A stretch of DNA of 64,000 nt. It comes from Gnetum montanum (taxonomy: Eukaryota > Plantae > Gnetophyta). The notes under the pieces are model-generated. The model saw only the letters and a list, made by a program, of their open reading frames with translations. It had not been told where the DNA came from and searched no databases. Shown in pieces: positions 38,241 to 50,465 of this stretch. Numbering within the stretch: the stretch's first letter is position 1; each line of letters starts with the position of its first letter. Location of the stretch: positions 1-64,000 of the forward strand of contig MNCI01002765.1 of assembly GCA_015680685.1 (NCBI GenBank). Direction: 5' to 3'. The translations under genes were made by a program, and so were the position numbers.

Positions 38241-39669
38241 GAACTCTTAACTCCTATGTATGACCGATTCCAGGACAGACTAACATCTAAAATTAACTAA
38301 GATAGATCATCACAACACGTTTAGAAGTCTTATGTCATCTTTACGAAAAATTCTAAAACTATCGCACAATAGAAACGGAAAGTTAGAAACAGTCATAGTT
38401 AGTTTTTTCCAACACGTTCATGTTATCGTTTTCAAATAATACCAACCCGTTAGAAGTTGTGTACCATGAACGAGAAACATAACTTTTTTCGTAGTAATTT
38501 CTTTTTCAAAATGAACAACATTAATTTATCATTGCATGCGTCTTTCGCACTGAGTAGTTACCTTTTAAGAAGTATAGCAAGTTGAAAATGATAAATCTTT
38601 AAAGTTTAAACCCACCTACCTAAGTATTTCTGTGCCTATTCAGCGTGTCTGGTTACCCTATACCTATGCATCAGTTTTTATTAAAAATGCATCCTTTGCT
38701 GTAATTTAAGTTTATAATATTCTGTTTAACTTCAAGTTTTCTGTTAAGCTTGACTTTTGATTCATGAATACTACTTCTGGTATCTTAATGATATTTATTT
38801 TGATATTCCCATGTAACACTGTACATAGTTGGTATCTTAATGAAATTTATTTTGATATTCTGGTGTAATATTGTATGTAGCTTCATGCTCTAGCATAGTC
38901 ACAAAAGGAAGGAGCCATTTGAATTCTTACATGTTTTGTGGGTTGGTTGGTACGGGTATTGGACCTTTCAATTTTATTGATATTTATCAATGTGGTGGTT
39001 TCAATTTCATATATATATTCATGTTAATGTAACCTATATTCATGTTAATAAAGATAATCATTATCCAGAGGCAAAATGTTCATATGGTCAAGGCAAGGTC
39101 TATTAGGAGCAACAAATGAGTGAAAGCCTAACCTCTTTTGAGTCTCCAAGTCCAAGCATGAACCCAAGTCTTATAATTTAAGAAACAAATACCTTATCAT
39201 TACTTCAAGTAGTAGTCCCTTAATTGCTATCATACATTATGATGTCCATTCTCCAAAGAAGGAAATGGTAGAAAAACCCTTCCCAAGTGCAATGGAAGCC
39301 CTCTTTCTACGCCATTGGATTTTCTAATATTTTAAATTGATTATTGGGATTTTAAAATTGATTTTAAAATTATTATTTTAAATTGATTATTGGGATTTGA
39401 AAATTGTAATCTATGAAAGAAGCTCAAATAGAGATTGAAAGGGCATAGTAAAATGCCCTTTCTAAAATGAATACTCATAACAATCTTGATGCACCAAGGG
39501 GTGTGGGGCAAGCGGTCAAGACACTCATCTCTTAGTGGGTAGATTGTAGTTTGACTTTTTCTTCTCCTTCTAGGTGTAGCAATAATGGAGTAGGCTTGTG
39601 GTGGGACCCTTTTGTTGGTAGGTCACATCTAAATTGTTGTGTGGGTAGTAGGGGTTATGCTACCACCTC

Positions 39670-40050
39670 TAATTGCCTTGCCTAAAAAAGAAAAAATAAC
39701 CTTGAGTTGCCTAAAAAAGGAAAAATAACCCCAAGTTTCCTTGCCTAAAAAAGAAAAAAATCTTATAATCCTATGGATAGTAGGGGTTGTACTACTAACC
39801 CGGAGTTGCCTTGCCTTAAAAAAAGAAAAAATAACCTTGAGTTGCCTAAAATAAAAAAATCTTGACAATCCTAGGTCACACTTACCTTGCCTAAAAAAAG
39901 TCTTAAAAAATCTTGACAATGCTAGATCACATTTACCTTGCCTTATAAAAAAAAACAAAACAAAACAAAAAAACACAAGTCTTGACAATCCTATGGCCTT
40001 AATTTTAAAAAGAAGAAGAAGAAAAGGTCTTGACAATCCTAAATCACATG
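39670..40050. repeat. Degenerate tandem repeats (TTGCCTAAAAAA / TCTTGACAATCCTA)
   Basis: Recurrent short units; these explain the spurious ORF 39629-40096. Confidence 0.7.
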
Positions 40051-40434
40051 TATTCTTGAATTTCAATTTGATCATGCAATAAAATTGAAATTTCAATTAA
40101 GCTTCTTATTGGTAAGCGAACACCCCATCTCATCGTCCAGGTGTTTCAATTGGGAAATTTCATCGGCAACAAAATATTACATCATATTTGTTTAAAAATA
40201 AATATCACAGCAGTTTAAATACCTAAAGAGCACAGCACCACCATGTTGGCTATAATCCAATGGCAGCACCCTAACAACAGAACACGAACCCTAACACCCT
40301 AACAACAGAACACGAACCCTAACAACAGAACACTAAATGAAGATCTATCGCCGCGGCGGCGGATACATTCTCATCACCGCTACGCCAGGAGTCGGTGTGA
40401 AATTCCTTCCAATATTACAGCAGCATAACACACA

Positions 40435-41958
40435 CTAGACCCTGGGGAGGATCTGGGGCGGTGTTGCAGGATTGTCACCCTTCTCCACGGCTTCCAAATA
40501 CTTAACAATGGGGTGGCAATAGTCATCCGAAAACCGGTTCCTTGTATCACACGGGTAGCGATCAATAACATCATCCCAAACATTATTATTACTGGCCGCC
40601 TTATCGGGGTGGCGGGATTGCTGGTGCAGCACCTCCCAAACAGCCGAATTGCACTTGAACCCGGAACCCAGAGCAATCTGCCACACTCTGTCTCCGCGCC
40701 GGAGTCGCCGCTTGGCGTCCAAGTAGGCCAATACGTACCAGATGCCAGAAACGGAGGCATTCCCAAATCGATGCAGCGCCATGCGCGACGCCTCTGCATC
40801 ATATTCCGTCAACCCAAGACTCTTGGCCACGCCATTGATCACGGCGCGCCCTCCCGGATGAATGCAGAAGTGCTCAAACGCCGACCGAAAATCCGGAACA
40901 TACGGCGCTGGCGCGGAGCCGGCCACGGTTTCCCGGGGCAGACGACGACGGAGACGCGGGAGCAGCACGTTGTAGTAAACGTAACGGAGCTGCTCTCGGA
41001 GCGGCAGAACTTTGGGTCCGAGCTCCGTCAGGCTCCGGCGGACGGCTTCGCCGGCGACGCCGGTGAGGCAGGGCTGGAGAGATATTCCGTAGACGCCGGC
41101 GTCGTCCTCCTTCGTAATGACGCATCCGTGCGCTGCGTCGTCGGCGGCGTAGGTGGTGCGCAAGCGGAGCCGGGCGCGCCGGGACTCGTCGGCGCGGTTG
41201 GAGAGCAGAACGGCGTTTCCGCCGACCCGGAAGATGGCCTGCGTGAGCATCATGCTGCGGTCGCGCCCGGCGTAGTTGGCGTTGACGGAGGAGCTGTCGG
41301 TGCCGACGAGGAGGGCGTACGATTCGGGGCTGAGCGATAGCAGGTCGCTGGCCATGGATACGGCGATGACGTTCGCGGCGCAGCCCATGCCGGAGAGATT
41401 GAAGGCCTTCACGTCCTCGCGGAACCCGTAGCGGTTTTCGAGCCACGCCGTCCACGACGGCGTCGGGCTGAAACTGCCGACGGTGACGATGAGGATGTCG
41501 ATTTGCGCCGGTTCGACGCCGGTCTTCGCGAACAGATCGCCCAGGACGGCCTGGAAGGCTTCCTCGGCTTCTTCGCGGCATTCCTCCATGGTGGCGTGGC
41601 GGTGCTCGCCCGACAAAACGAATCTGGGGACGTAGGTTTCGTCGCCCAGGCCGGAACGCAGGAAAATGCGCCACTGCAGATTCAGGCGTTGGGCCGTGAC
41701 GGGTTGCGCGTTGCATGTGAAGTAGAGGTAGGACTCCGAGTTCATTTTGCGATCGTCCGGTGGGCGGTAGCAACTGTAATCTACCAAGTAACAGCACCGG
41801 CTCCGGCTCCGGCGCAACAGCGCTTTCAGAGACAAGGCCACCATCACAGCGCAGACCACGGCCACCGGCACGAACACTTTCGCGGACACGTCCATTTTGG
41901 GTTTGGAAGGCAGGCACGCATCCACCCTTGGCCGTGGAACTGCGATGGGGTTTGGCAT
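40435..41958 (-). CDS. KCS: 3-ketoacyl-CoA synthase (FAE1/KCS family very-long-chain fatty acid condensing enzyme), intronless
   Basis: 507-aa ORF with an N-terminal TM helix and the motifs YLVDYSCYRP, RSGLGDETY, FNLSGMGC (catalytic Cys), FEHFCIHPGGRAVI, EASRMALHRFGN and GDRVWQIALGSGFKCNSAVW. Confidence 0.96.
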   Translation of the reverse strand: MPNPIAVPRPRVDACLPSKPKMDVSAKVFVPVAVVCAVMVALSLKALLRRSRSRCCYLVDYSCYRPPDDRKMNSESYLYFTCNAQPVTAQRLNLQWRIFLRSGLGDETYVPRFVLSGEHRHATMEECREEAEEAFQAVLGDLFAKTGVEPAQIDILIVTVGSFSPTPSWTAWLENRYGFREDVKAFNLSGMGCAANVIAVSMASDLLSLSPESYALLVGTDSSSVNANYAGRDRSMMLTQAIFRVGGNAVLLSNRADESRRARLRLRTTYAADDAAHGCVITKEDDAGVYGISLQPCLTGVAGEAVRRSLTELGPKVLPLREQLRYVYYNVLLPRLRRRLPRETVAGSAPAPYVPDFRSAFEHFCIHPGGRAVINGVAKSLGLTEYDAEASRMALHRFGNASVSGIWYVLAYLDAKRRLRRGDRVWQIALGSGFKCNSAVWEVLHQQSRHPDKAASNNNVWDDVIDRYPCDTRNRFSDDYCHPIVKYLEAVEKGDNPATPPQILPRV

Positions 41959-42383
41959 GTTTAAATGCTAATGGTGCCGGTGCTCATACTTCATTACGTC
42001 TGTCTGGACCTTAAAGACATGTCAAACAAAACTGTCTAATAGCAATAAATCCTTGACACTGTTGGGCGGTGCTGGAGGACATACTGTATCTATCTTACAA
42101 CTGTTTCATAATGATTTAGTGTAAGAATTAACTGTTAGTTTTGAGAGAATTTTTTAGCATGAGTTTCATTGCAGCAATCAAAGTTAAATTTGAATTTGAA
42201 TTTAAAAATATACTTATACTACAATCATTTCGAATTTCAACACGTTATGTAAGTCGGGGGTGTCGGACCCAAAAAATAAATTTAATTAATAGAGAAAAAA
42301 GAAAATAGTACAAGAAATTAGGAAACGCTCACCTCAAAAGAGGAGAAACTACAAGAAATTAGGAAAAACGGGAGAGAAAAAGT

Positions 42384-45300
42384 TCAAGAGCTCAACTGCA
42401 GCATTAGCTGTTGAACAATGTCTCCTTGAATAGACAAGGAGAGAATATTAGTAGGAGAATTACGTTGAAAAACCACATTACAACAAAATTTCCGGATAGC
42501 ATGGAGAATAAGGGGACGAAGGCGACACCAGATATAAATCAAAGAGCCTTGAAGATTCGAAGTGTCACCAAAAAGAACCTCATCTAAGCTTGGTCGAAAA
42601 CCCTGTAAAAACCTGCCACATCAAATCCAAGAGCTATGAGCAAGGGGACAAGAAAAAAAACAGTGAGTAAAAGCATCTTCCCTATGACAAATAGGACATC
42701 GTAGGTCAAGAACCCCCAGATGAGAGCGCCGAACACCCATAGGAAAACCTTGGTGAATCAGATACCATAGAAAATGTTGAATCTTTGAAGAAGTAGGAGT
42801 AGTCCAAATAGTCTGAATACGTTGCTTCCAAACCTGCACATTAAGATTAACTTGCCAAAGATGGTTGAATCTAGGCCAAATATTAGTAGTGGAATTAATA
42901 AGAGAGTAAATAATCTTAGAATGATAGGGAAAAACTTGATGACCAGAAATCCAAGAAAGATCTAAAAAACCACCAAGGGAGTCTTGAATAACAACACTTT
43001 TGTTCAAGCTATCCAAAATTGTACAAAAGCTAGACTTTTGAGCAGCATTAATACCATAAATAAGGTGACATTCAGTCCAAGTAATCCAACGATTATGAAT
43101 GCGAAGAGAGGAGAGGGAGGAGATGCCAAGCTTATCCCAAGTGCTACATAGACGAGGACGCTTAATGGCCCAAGGTTCATTGTGAATGGGAATCCACCAA
43201 GGAGAAAGCTTATCAAGTGTAGAGGAAGAAATAGTGATAGTGTTAAAGTTCCAAAACTGATTGATATAACACCATGCCTTCCAAATGTGTTTGATGACAA
43301 CAGAACCAGAAATGGTAATACCAGTGGGAAAAAGAATCCAATTAAAGAAATGAGTATTATTCCAATAATTACTACCTTTGGGCTTCCCAAGCTGTATGCA
43401 TTTAAGGAAAGGAAGCTTCCAAGGTTCAGAGCCAGATAAGCATTTGGCCATCCATTTGGCGCATAACACAATGCCCTGTTTGTAGCAATTAATGAGGCCC
43501 AAACCGCCGTCCTCTTTATGAGTAGTACAAACATTCCAAGCAACCCGACAAAATCCTTTCTTAGTATGGTTGCTATTCCAAAGAAAGTGTTTGACTAGTT
43601 GATCAATGCGACGATAAGCAGAGATGCTAGGAGCCCAACAAGAAGAGTAATACACATGGGTAGCTTGGAGAATATGCTTGCAGACAATAAATTTACCAGC
43701 CATAGATAGCTTCTTTTCCTTCCACTTAATAAGCTTTTGTTCAAGTTTCGTCATAGTGACATCCCATAATGTTTTGGATGATCCGCCAAAAGAAAAGGAA
43801 ATGCCAAGAAGCTTAAAAACTTGATCCTTTCCTAAAAATTGCCAAGACTTAGACAATGCATAGGCTTGAACCTCTTTGTTGCAAAAGATAGAAGATTTGA
43901 ACCAATTAATCTGAGAGCCAGAGAGTCTACAATAATGATCAATGCGATAAAAAAGACGATCAGCAATAAGAGCATCATTTTTTATCATAAAGAATGAGTC
44001 ATTAGCAAAATGCATATTCAATAAGGAAGGAACATTATGATCAATGAAAATACCTTGAAGCAAATTTTGTTCCTTATCCTTATGAATAGCATGACACAAA
44101 AAGTCCGCAGCAAGAATGAAGAGGTAAGGAGCAAGAGGACAACCTTGCCTAACAGGGCGCTCAAGCTTGAAGCAATTAGTTAAGCCAGTGTTAGTAGCCA
44201 CGAGGGCATTGGCGTTGGCAAAAAGAGTCTCCACCATTTTAATAACATTAATGTGAAAACCATATTTATGAAGGCAAGCAATAACAAATTTCCACTCAAT
44301 TTTGTCATACGCTTTAGCATAATCAAGCTTAAGAAAAGCAATGTTTTGATTGGAGTCCTCGGCCCATTGCATACCTTCCCAAGCCGCAACAACATTATCA
44401 AGAATATACCTACCCTTAACAAAGCCTGTTTGCATTGGGGTAATGATCTGAGGGATAATTAGCTTCAGTCTATTAGCAAGACATTTAGCCAAAATCTTGT
44501 AAACAGAGTTAAGGAGAGTGATAGGACGCCAGTTACCAATCAGTGAAGGATCACCTGTTTTAGGAATAAGACGGATGACACCTCTATTTAACTCAGGACC
44601 AAGAGACTGTTGATTTATGGCTTCTGCAAAAACATAAGAGAGGTCTGAACCCACAATATCCCAATGATTCTTAAAAAACTCAATGGGGATGCCATCAAAA
44701 CCAGGGGCTTTATCATTGGCCAGGCTAAACACAGCAGCCTTGATTTCAGAAAGAGAGATATCTTGAGCGAGAAGATGATTGTGACTGCTATGGACAATAC
44801 TAGGTAGGTGATCTGAGTTAGTAGCAAACTCATCCTGATCAAACCCATTGGAGACAAAGAGGCATTGAAAATGTTGTTCAAGAAAACCATTTATAACATG
44901 AGGATCGGAGGTAAGTTGGCCATTCACTTCCAAACGTTCTATAGTAGGGAAAGTACCTCTACCCTTTAAAAATTTGAAGAACTCTTTATAGGGTTCTCCC
45001 TCAATTTTTAACCAGTTGAGACGACTCTTGATGAGAGCACTTCTAGCAGAGTACATATCCCATTTTTGTTTAACTGAGCGAACATAAGTTAGCCGTTGTT
45101 GAAGAGCAACATTAAAAGGGTCATGTTGAAGTGCAGAGTTAAGTTGTTGCAATTCAGAACTAACATTCGCCTCAATAGACCTACGTTTCTTAGCATATTG
45201 CTTGCCCAACCAGCGAGCAAAGTTGCGAATACGAGAAGTGGCACGCAACCACCAGTCAATCCAACCTAAATTGCCTGATGGCCTTCTCTCTGCATTCCAA

Positions 45301-46115
45301 AGAGATGTCAAAAGACCTTTACCAGAAGGAGTAAGAAATAAAGAGGCATTCATGCGAAAAAGTTGGCGATGTTGAGCTAAAGATTTAGAACCAAAGGTCA
45401 AAGTGAGAGAAATTGGAAAGTGGTCTGAGAGGGTAGCATCAAGGTGGACCTTAACATGACCATCACAAAACCATGAGGAATAACTAGAGAAATAAAATCG
45501 ATCAAGTCGCTCACAAATGCGATCAGCACCAATCCTAAGGTTGGACCAAGTAAACCAACCTTCACGATTCACGTTAGAGCTGGCAGCATCAGAGAGACAA
45601 AAGTGCTCCTTAACATCACTCCAACTAGAAAGCTCGAGGCTGGTAAGTTGAGAAGAGGCTCCACCAACTTTATCATAAGGATGTTCGATCATATTAAAAT
45701 CACCTCCAAAGAGCCAAGGAATGTTAGGCAGACTGTGAAGGAGAGACTGCCAAACACTGGCCCTAGTGGTAGGAGTAGTGGGAGCATAAATATTACAAAT
45801 GCCGAAAGGACCAGAAGTGCCTTGAAGAGTAGCCCAAACAAAAGAGGTGTGACTACCATGAGAGAGAATTTTGTTAGACCAGGATTTATTGATAATAAGG
45901 GCTGCACCACCTTGACCAGTAATATGATTTGTGGAAAAGACAATAGAGTCAGGTAGGATGCTATTGCCTGCAATAATTGCATCCAGAGTAGAAATTTTAA
46001 CCTCTTGCAGGAGAAGGAAGTCAGGAAGCAAAGGTCGAGAGCGAATAAAAGCACCGACCACCCGTGTTCGGAGGTGATTGGAGAGCCCCCGAACATTCCA
46101 AGAATAGACTAACAT
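42384..46115 (-). CDS. LINE ORF2 (APE endonuclease, reverse transcriptase, zf-RVT); probably inactivated
   Basis: SWNVRGL, LQEVK, GGDFN, RLDRF, SDHFP; KAPGFDG, NWRPITLLN, KLDYAKAYD, RQGCPLAP, FAND; CPIC..HCFFSC. Open 46115-42621, and the frame continues past that TGA to 42384. Confidence 0.93.
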
Positions 46116-47158
46116 CCAGAGAAGGGGGAGGAGGCCCCCGCCCTAGTTGCAGAGTTAACAATGTCTAAAGAAATCATTTCCTGGTTGTGATCAATGGCAG
46201 TAAAGGGATTGTGGGTGAGTAAGAGAGTTTGAGTGGATTGGTTGGACTGAAGTGTAACGTCGTTGGTAAAAGGCATACCCCGACGTTTCCTACTGAGGGG
46301 AACTATTTGAAATCCGTCATCATCAATAGGAGGGTTGTTAGAAGCCGTAAAAACGTATGGGTGTTTTCCCTTAGCTAATGAAGAAGCATGAGGAGGTGGC
46401 TTTTTGGTAACCTTACTTTGAGACCTAGGTGTGGGAGGAGCCTTGTTGCTAATAGAGGAAACCTTAGGATCAGTAGGGGAGGATTGTTGTGATCGTGCTT
46501 GCGCTGCCTTCTTTCGTAACATAAAGGGGCATGAGACAAACATATGACCCTCTTGGTGGCAGTAGTGACAAGAGTTGGGAAGGTTGTAATAGACCACCTT
46601 TTGCATATAGTTAATACCACCTGCACGCAAAATAAGTTCTCGTTTAAGAGAGTCTAAGTCCACTTCAATCATATATCGAGTCCTGCGAAGGCCACTAGGT
46701 GTACCTAAGGATTCAGTGTGTTTGATTAATCCAAGGCGAGACACAATATCCCTTTCAACTCTTTCGAAAATCAAGGGGAGATTCGGTAACTCTACAAAAC
46801 AAGGGACTTTCCGAAATTCAGGAGAAGTTGGGTTGAGAGAAGGAGTCCACTTGCGAATAATCAATAAAGCATGACGATGGTGAAAGACACTAATGCTAAG
46901 AGCTTCAGAGACCATCTCTGAGTTAATAAACTCAACAAGTAGAAAAGAATTAGATAAATATCGAACATGTGAAGCTATCAAACCACGATCTTTCCAAACA
47001 GAGTTGACATGATGCAAAAAGCTAGAAGAGCAGGGCAGGTAGCCTAAAATTTGTACAAAGACATACCTGCTAGAAATGTCGTGGGTGATAGATTCAAACA
47101 AATCATTAGGAAGCTTGTAGAATGGCGCGGAAGAAGTGGAGCCACCATCTGGCGACAT
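46109..47158 (-). CDS. LINE ORF1 (DUF4283-like RRM plus CCHC zinc knuckle)
   Basis: LLIIRKWTP, VPCFVELPNLP and QKVVYYNLPNSCHYCHQEGHMFVSC. First ATG is at 47158; the ORF track starts at an upstream TTG. Confidence 0.9.
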   Translation of the reverse strand: MSPDGGSTSSAPFYKLPNDLFESITHDISSRYVFVQILGYLPCSSSFLHHVNSVWKDRGLIASHVRYLSNSFLLVEFINSEMVSEALSISVFHHRHALLIIRKWTPSLNPTSPEFRKVPCFVELPNLPLIFERVERDIVSRLGLIKHTESLGTPSGLRRTRYMIEVDLDSLKRELILRAGGINYMQKVVYYNLPNSCHYCHQEGHMFVSCPFMLRKKAAQARSQQSSPTDPKVSSISNKAPPTPRSQSKVTKKPPPHASSLAKGKHPYVFTASNNPPIDDDGFQIVPLSRKRRGMPFTNDVTLQSNQSTQTLLLTHNPFTAIDHNQEMISLDIVNSATRAGASSPFSGC

Positions 47159-47825
47159 GGGAACTGAAGGAGCTGATCTAAAACAGGTCAGAGAGCCTTC
47201 TCTTCTACGATCACAAAACAGAACAGGCAGCAAGATCTGCCTGAGATCTGCAAAGGTGCCTTGATCCGATCCGATTGCAAAGGTGTCTTGATCCGATCCG
47301 ATCTCACAGGCAGCAAGATCTGCTCGAGATCTGCTAGGACGCCTCCGTTCCTCGCTCTACCTTCGTTTGCCCAATCACAATGTGAATTTGTATCAGCAAT
47401 GAAAACAATTAGAAATGGCGACCAAATGCTGATGCCGGTGCTGATAACGCGGTAGAATCCACACTACGATCTGACGCTAACTTTGCATGTGCAGCAACAA
47501 TAACTCCCGCCTGGCCTGCTACCAGCCCTGGACGTGGGATCCTCGCGACTGGTCTGCGGTTGCATCTGCAATGCCTGCAACAAGGATCGTGGCGCCAAGA
47601 AATGACTGCAGCGCGCTTTCGCAACTGCCTACGACAAGACGTTTTTGCTCTCGGGCCTCTGCAATCAATATTGTGGCCTGTATAGCACAAGTGATATTGT
47701 GACCTGTATAGCACAAGTGATAGTCTGTATCCAAGCCAACACGTTATGTAAGTCAAAGTGACATGACTCTGTGTAAATGTACGTACGTCATGAACATCAT
47801 CGTTTACCATGCATCCACCAGTCTG

Positions 47826-47972
47826 CCTCGATTAATGGGTCATTTCATGTAACCAATTCATGTACATTCCATGATCATCTTGGCCATGCTTATGTGTCCC
47901 TCGATTAATGGGTCATTTCATGTAACCAATTCATGTACATTCCATGATCATCTTGGCCATGCTTATGTGTCC
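47826..47972. repeat. Perfect 73-bp tandem duplication
   Basis: CCTCGATTAATGGGTCATTTC...GCTTATGTGTC occurs twice. Confidence 0.9.
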
Positions 47973-49459
47973 CTCTCAAGGGTGGGACTCAGAAACACAT
48001 GTTTGAATAATACAAAAAATATTTTAAGCATCAACTAATCTGCGTAGGACAGTGATATGCAATTATACTAACAAATGTGAGGTTGAGCGTGAATTCCTTG
48101 CTTTTACAAATTTTGTATATATCGTCACATATAGCAAGAATATCGTCACGCAGACGCTAATCACTTCCTGTCTGCGTATGTATGCCATGCATACCCTCAG
48201 TTACCATAAATCCACCACATAACAGATATGAACATGAGTTACGCGAGTCAGAGTCACACGGAGGTGTTACGTGCGTCAGAGTCACACGACTCAGTGCAAT
48301 GAATTGGGAGGAGTGCTTTGCTGGTTTGGATAACCTCTTAAGTGACCTGCGATACAATATGATTCTGCAATGAATTGGAAGGAGTGTGTTGCCGGTTTGA
48401 ATGACTGAAGTGACCAGCGATGTGATTCCTATACGCAATTTTAGGTGGGATGAGTAGGAGCTCTCGCAACATACCAGCTTATTAGCTTATTCGTAGTCCG
48501 TAAAACTGAGGAGGGTAAACACTGCAAATGCCCTAAAGCTACGCGTTACACTCGTCACGTGCGGCAGCAAGAACTGGTTCTCTGTGACAGTAAATAACTG
48601 CAGCATTCATGGTGTAATACTTAGGATTAAAATTTTAGATTCTGTTAAATGATCCATATATAATGAAATCCGTATATATTTCCGTATATATTATTTTTTT
48701 AAAGTTGTACGTCGTAAGCTAGATTTTAGCGTACATTGTTAAGTTATAAAGTGTTAATTGGACTATTTATTTTGGAGTGTGCCTTATATTACAATTATTT
48801 CAAGGTTTCCACCACCCCCTACCAAACTATTCTTTGATATTGAAACCTTTGTCTAGTTTCCACAATATCATGGTAATGATGTTAACACATCAATGCTAAA
48901 GAACACCCTAACAAATCGTTGTCCCTTTTTTATAGCACACTTTACCTTAGAATGCCTTAGCATCTGCGAACCCTTCTCCATATCTATTTGCAATGTGGGA
49001 ACCCATGTCCATTTTCCATAATATCAGGGTGACAATGTTGCACGTTGGAGAATGCCTTAGCAAGCCTTTGTCAATGTTTCACAGTAACACATTGCATTTG
49101 AACTGCCCTAGCATCTACCAAATTTGAAAAATAACAATATAAAATATTCTTAGTAATAAAATAAGAATATAAAATATAAGTGATGGTGATCAACTCAAAA
49201 AGATATCTAGCATTGCAACAAGGCACTATGGCTATATCAAGATGCTTCTTTTACTAGTTAGATTGAATGTAGCATTAAACAAGCAAGCATTTTACTAACT
49301 AGATTGAAGGTAGCCTTAAAAGAGCAAGCATGAACAAGGATTGTTCCCCAATTAGTAGTAGTTGCTTATGTGTTTACTAAGATCCTTTCATCAAAGGGTG
49401 GGGTCGTGGAACCCCAAAATAATTGTAACATAGATATACCCCAAGATATATAATTCGGT

Positions 49460-50465
49460 ATTGCCCACTAGAATTGAACCCATGACTAGTTTTCAAATCA
49501 AGAGTCTTACTAGTAGATTAATGTTTCATTGTTTACGAAGACCCTTTGGATCTATTTAACTAAATTTAAAACTCCTTTTATGGATTTTTTAAAAATTTAT
49601 ATCATAGTGCTACCCAATGGAATTAAACCTATAACCTAGGTTACTATGCCATGATTCTTACCACTAAGGTTGTTGGAACTTGAAATAAGTGAAACATAGG
49701 TACACCCCAAGATTTATAGAAGTTTATGACTCAATGCTACCTAGTAGAATCAAACCTATGACTTGGAGTTATCAAGCTAAGACCTGTACCACTAGGCTAA
49801 CATCTCATTGTTAACAAATTTTTTTTTGATATACAATAATACCATTTTAATGTATAGAGTTTCATGCTCCAGTATAGTTTTCAAATAATACCAACCTACC
49901 AACAACCATGTACCATAAAACACAAAAACATATCTTTTCCATGTTACAGCTAAGGGTCAAATTTGAAGGGCATGTTGCATTTTTCGTTTGAAGGATGATT
50001 TTTGACATGCCTAACCAATATGATATGCAAATATTTTTCTCCTTCTTTAAGGTGTTTATTTTAATGAATATGTAATTAATTAAAAATTATTAATTACTTT
50101 TTCAAGATATGTAGCATTAATATAAAGTAAATCTTTGAAAGCTCATCCTCTCCATGATGCCCACCATTTTATGGAGAATTTTAATTTTAAGATATATGAA
50201 TTGAATAGTGCACATAAAAATTAATTTTAATTTATTTTAACAATTCCTATATTTTACATTTTATCTATTTTTAGCAAATGAATTATCCCTTATTAGGGAA
50301 GGTATACTTAGAACACACTTCTTAGATGAAGGGTACTTTTTGTATTAAGCTTTTCTTCAATAAAAAGGCCTTTCAAGATGAATGCAACTTGGAAATTTTA
50401 TCGTTGAACCTATAACTTGAATTTATCCAACCAAGAGTCTTACCACTAAACTAACACCTCATCAT
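49460..50465 (-). repeat. Four degenerate tRNA-derived (SINE-head-like) units
   Basis: About 70-nt units at ~49460, 49605, 49732 and 50403, with A-box-like TAGCCTAGTGGTA and B-box-like GGTT(C/T)(G/A)ATTC on the minus strand. Confidence 0.55.

Larger units (their letters stand above)
42200..47370 (-). mobile_element. Near full-length L1-clade LINE retrotransposon
   Basis: ORF1 and ORF2 overlap by 7 nt; short 5' UTR with repeats; T-rich 3' UTR. Exact ends and TSD not resolved. Confidence 0.92.

Noticed and set aside
39629-40096. 155-aa ORF
   Set aside because: Translation of F/L-rich tandem repeats.
40268-40333. ACCCTAAC units resembling telomere repeats
   Set aside because: Part of a local ~20-bp tandem duplication (ACCCTAACAACAGAACACGA) downstream of KCS, not a CCCTAAA array.
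40380-42014. Long overlapping and antisense ORFs (275, 347, 153 and 140 aa) over KCS
   Set aside because: Shadow ORFs of a very GC-rich coding sequence; R/P/G-rich with no domain motifs.
42160-47410. Candidate LINE TSD (CAGCAAT near both ends)
   Set aside because: Short, not clearly abutting the element ends, and no poly(A) tail to anchor it.
47773-47780. L1-box TAAATGTA in the putative displaced KCS promoter
   Set aside because: A single 8-mer in AT-rich DNA is expected by chance.
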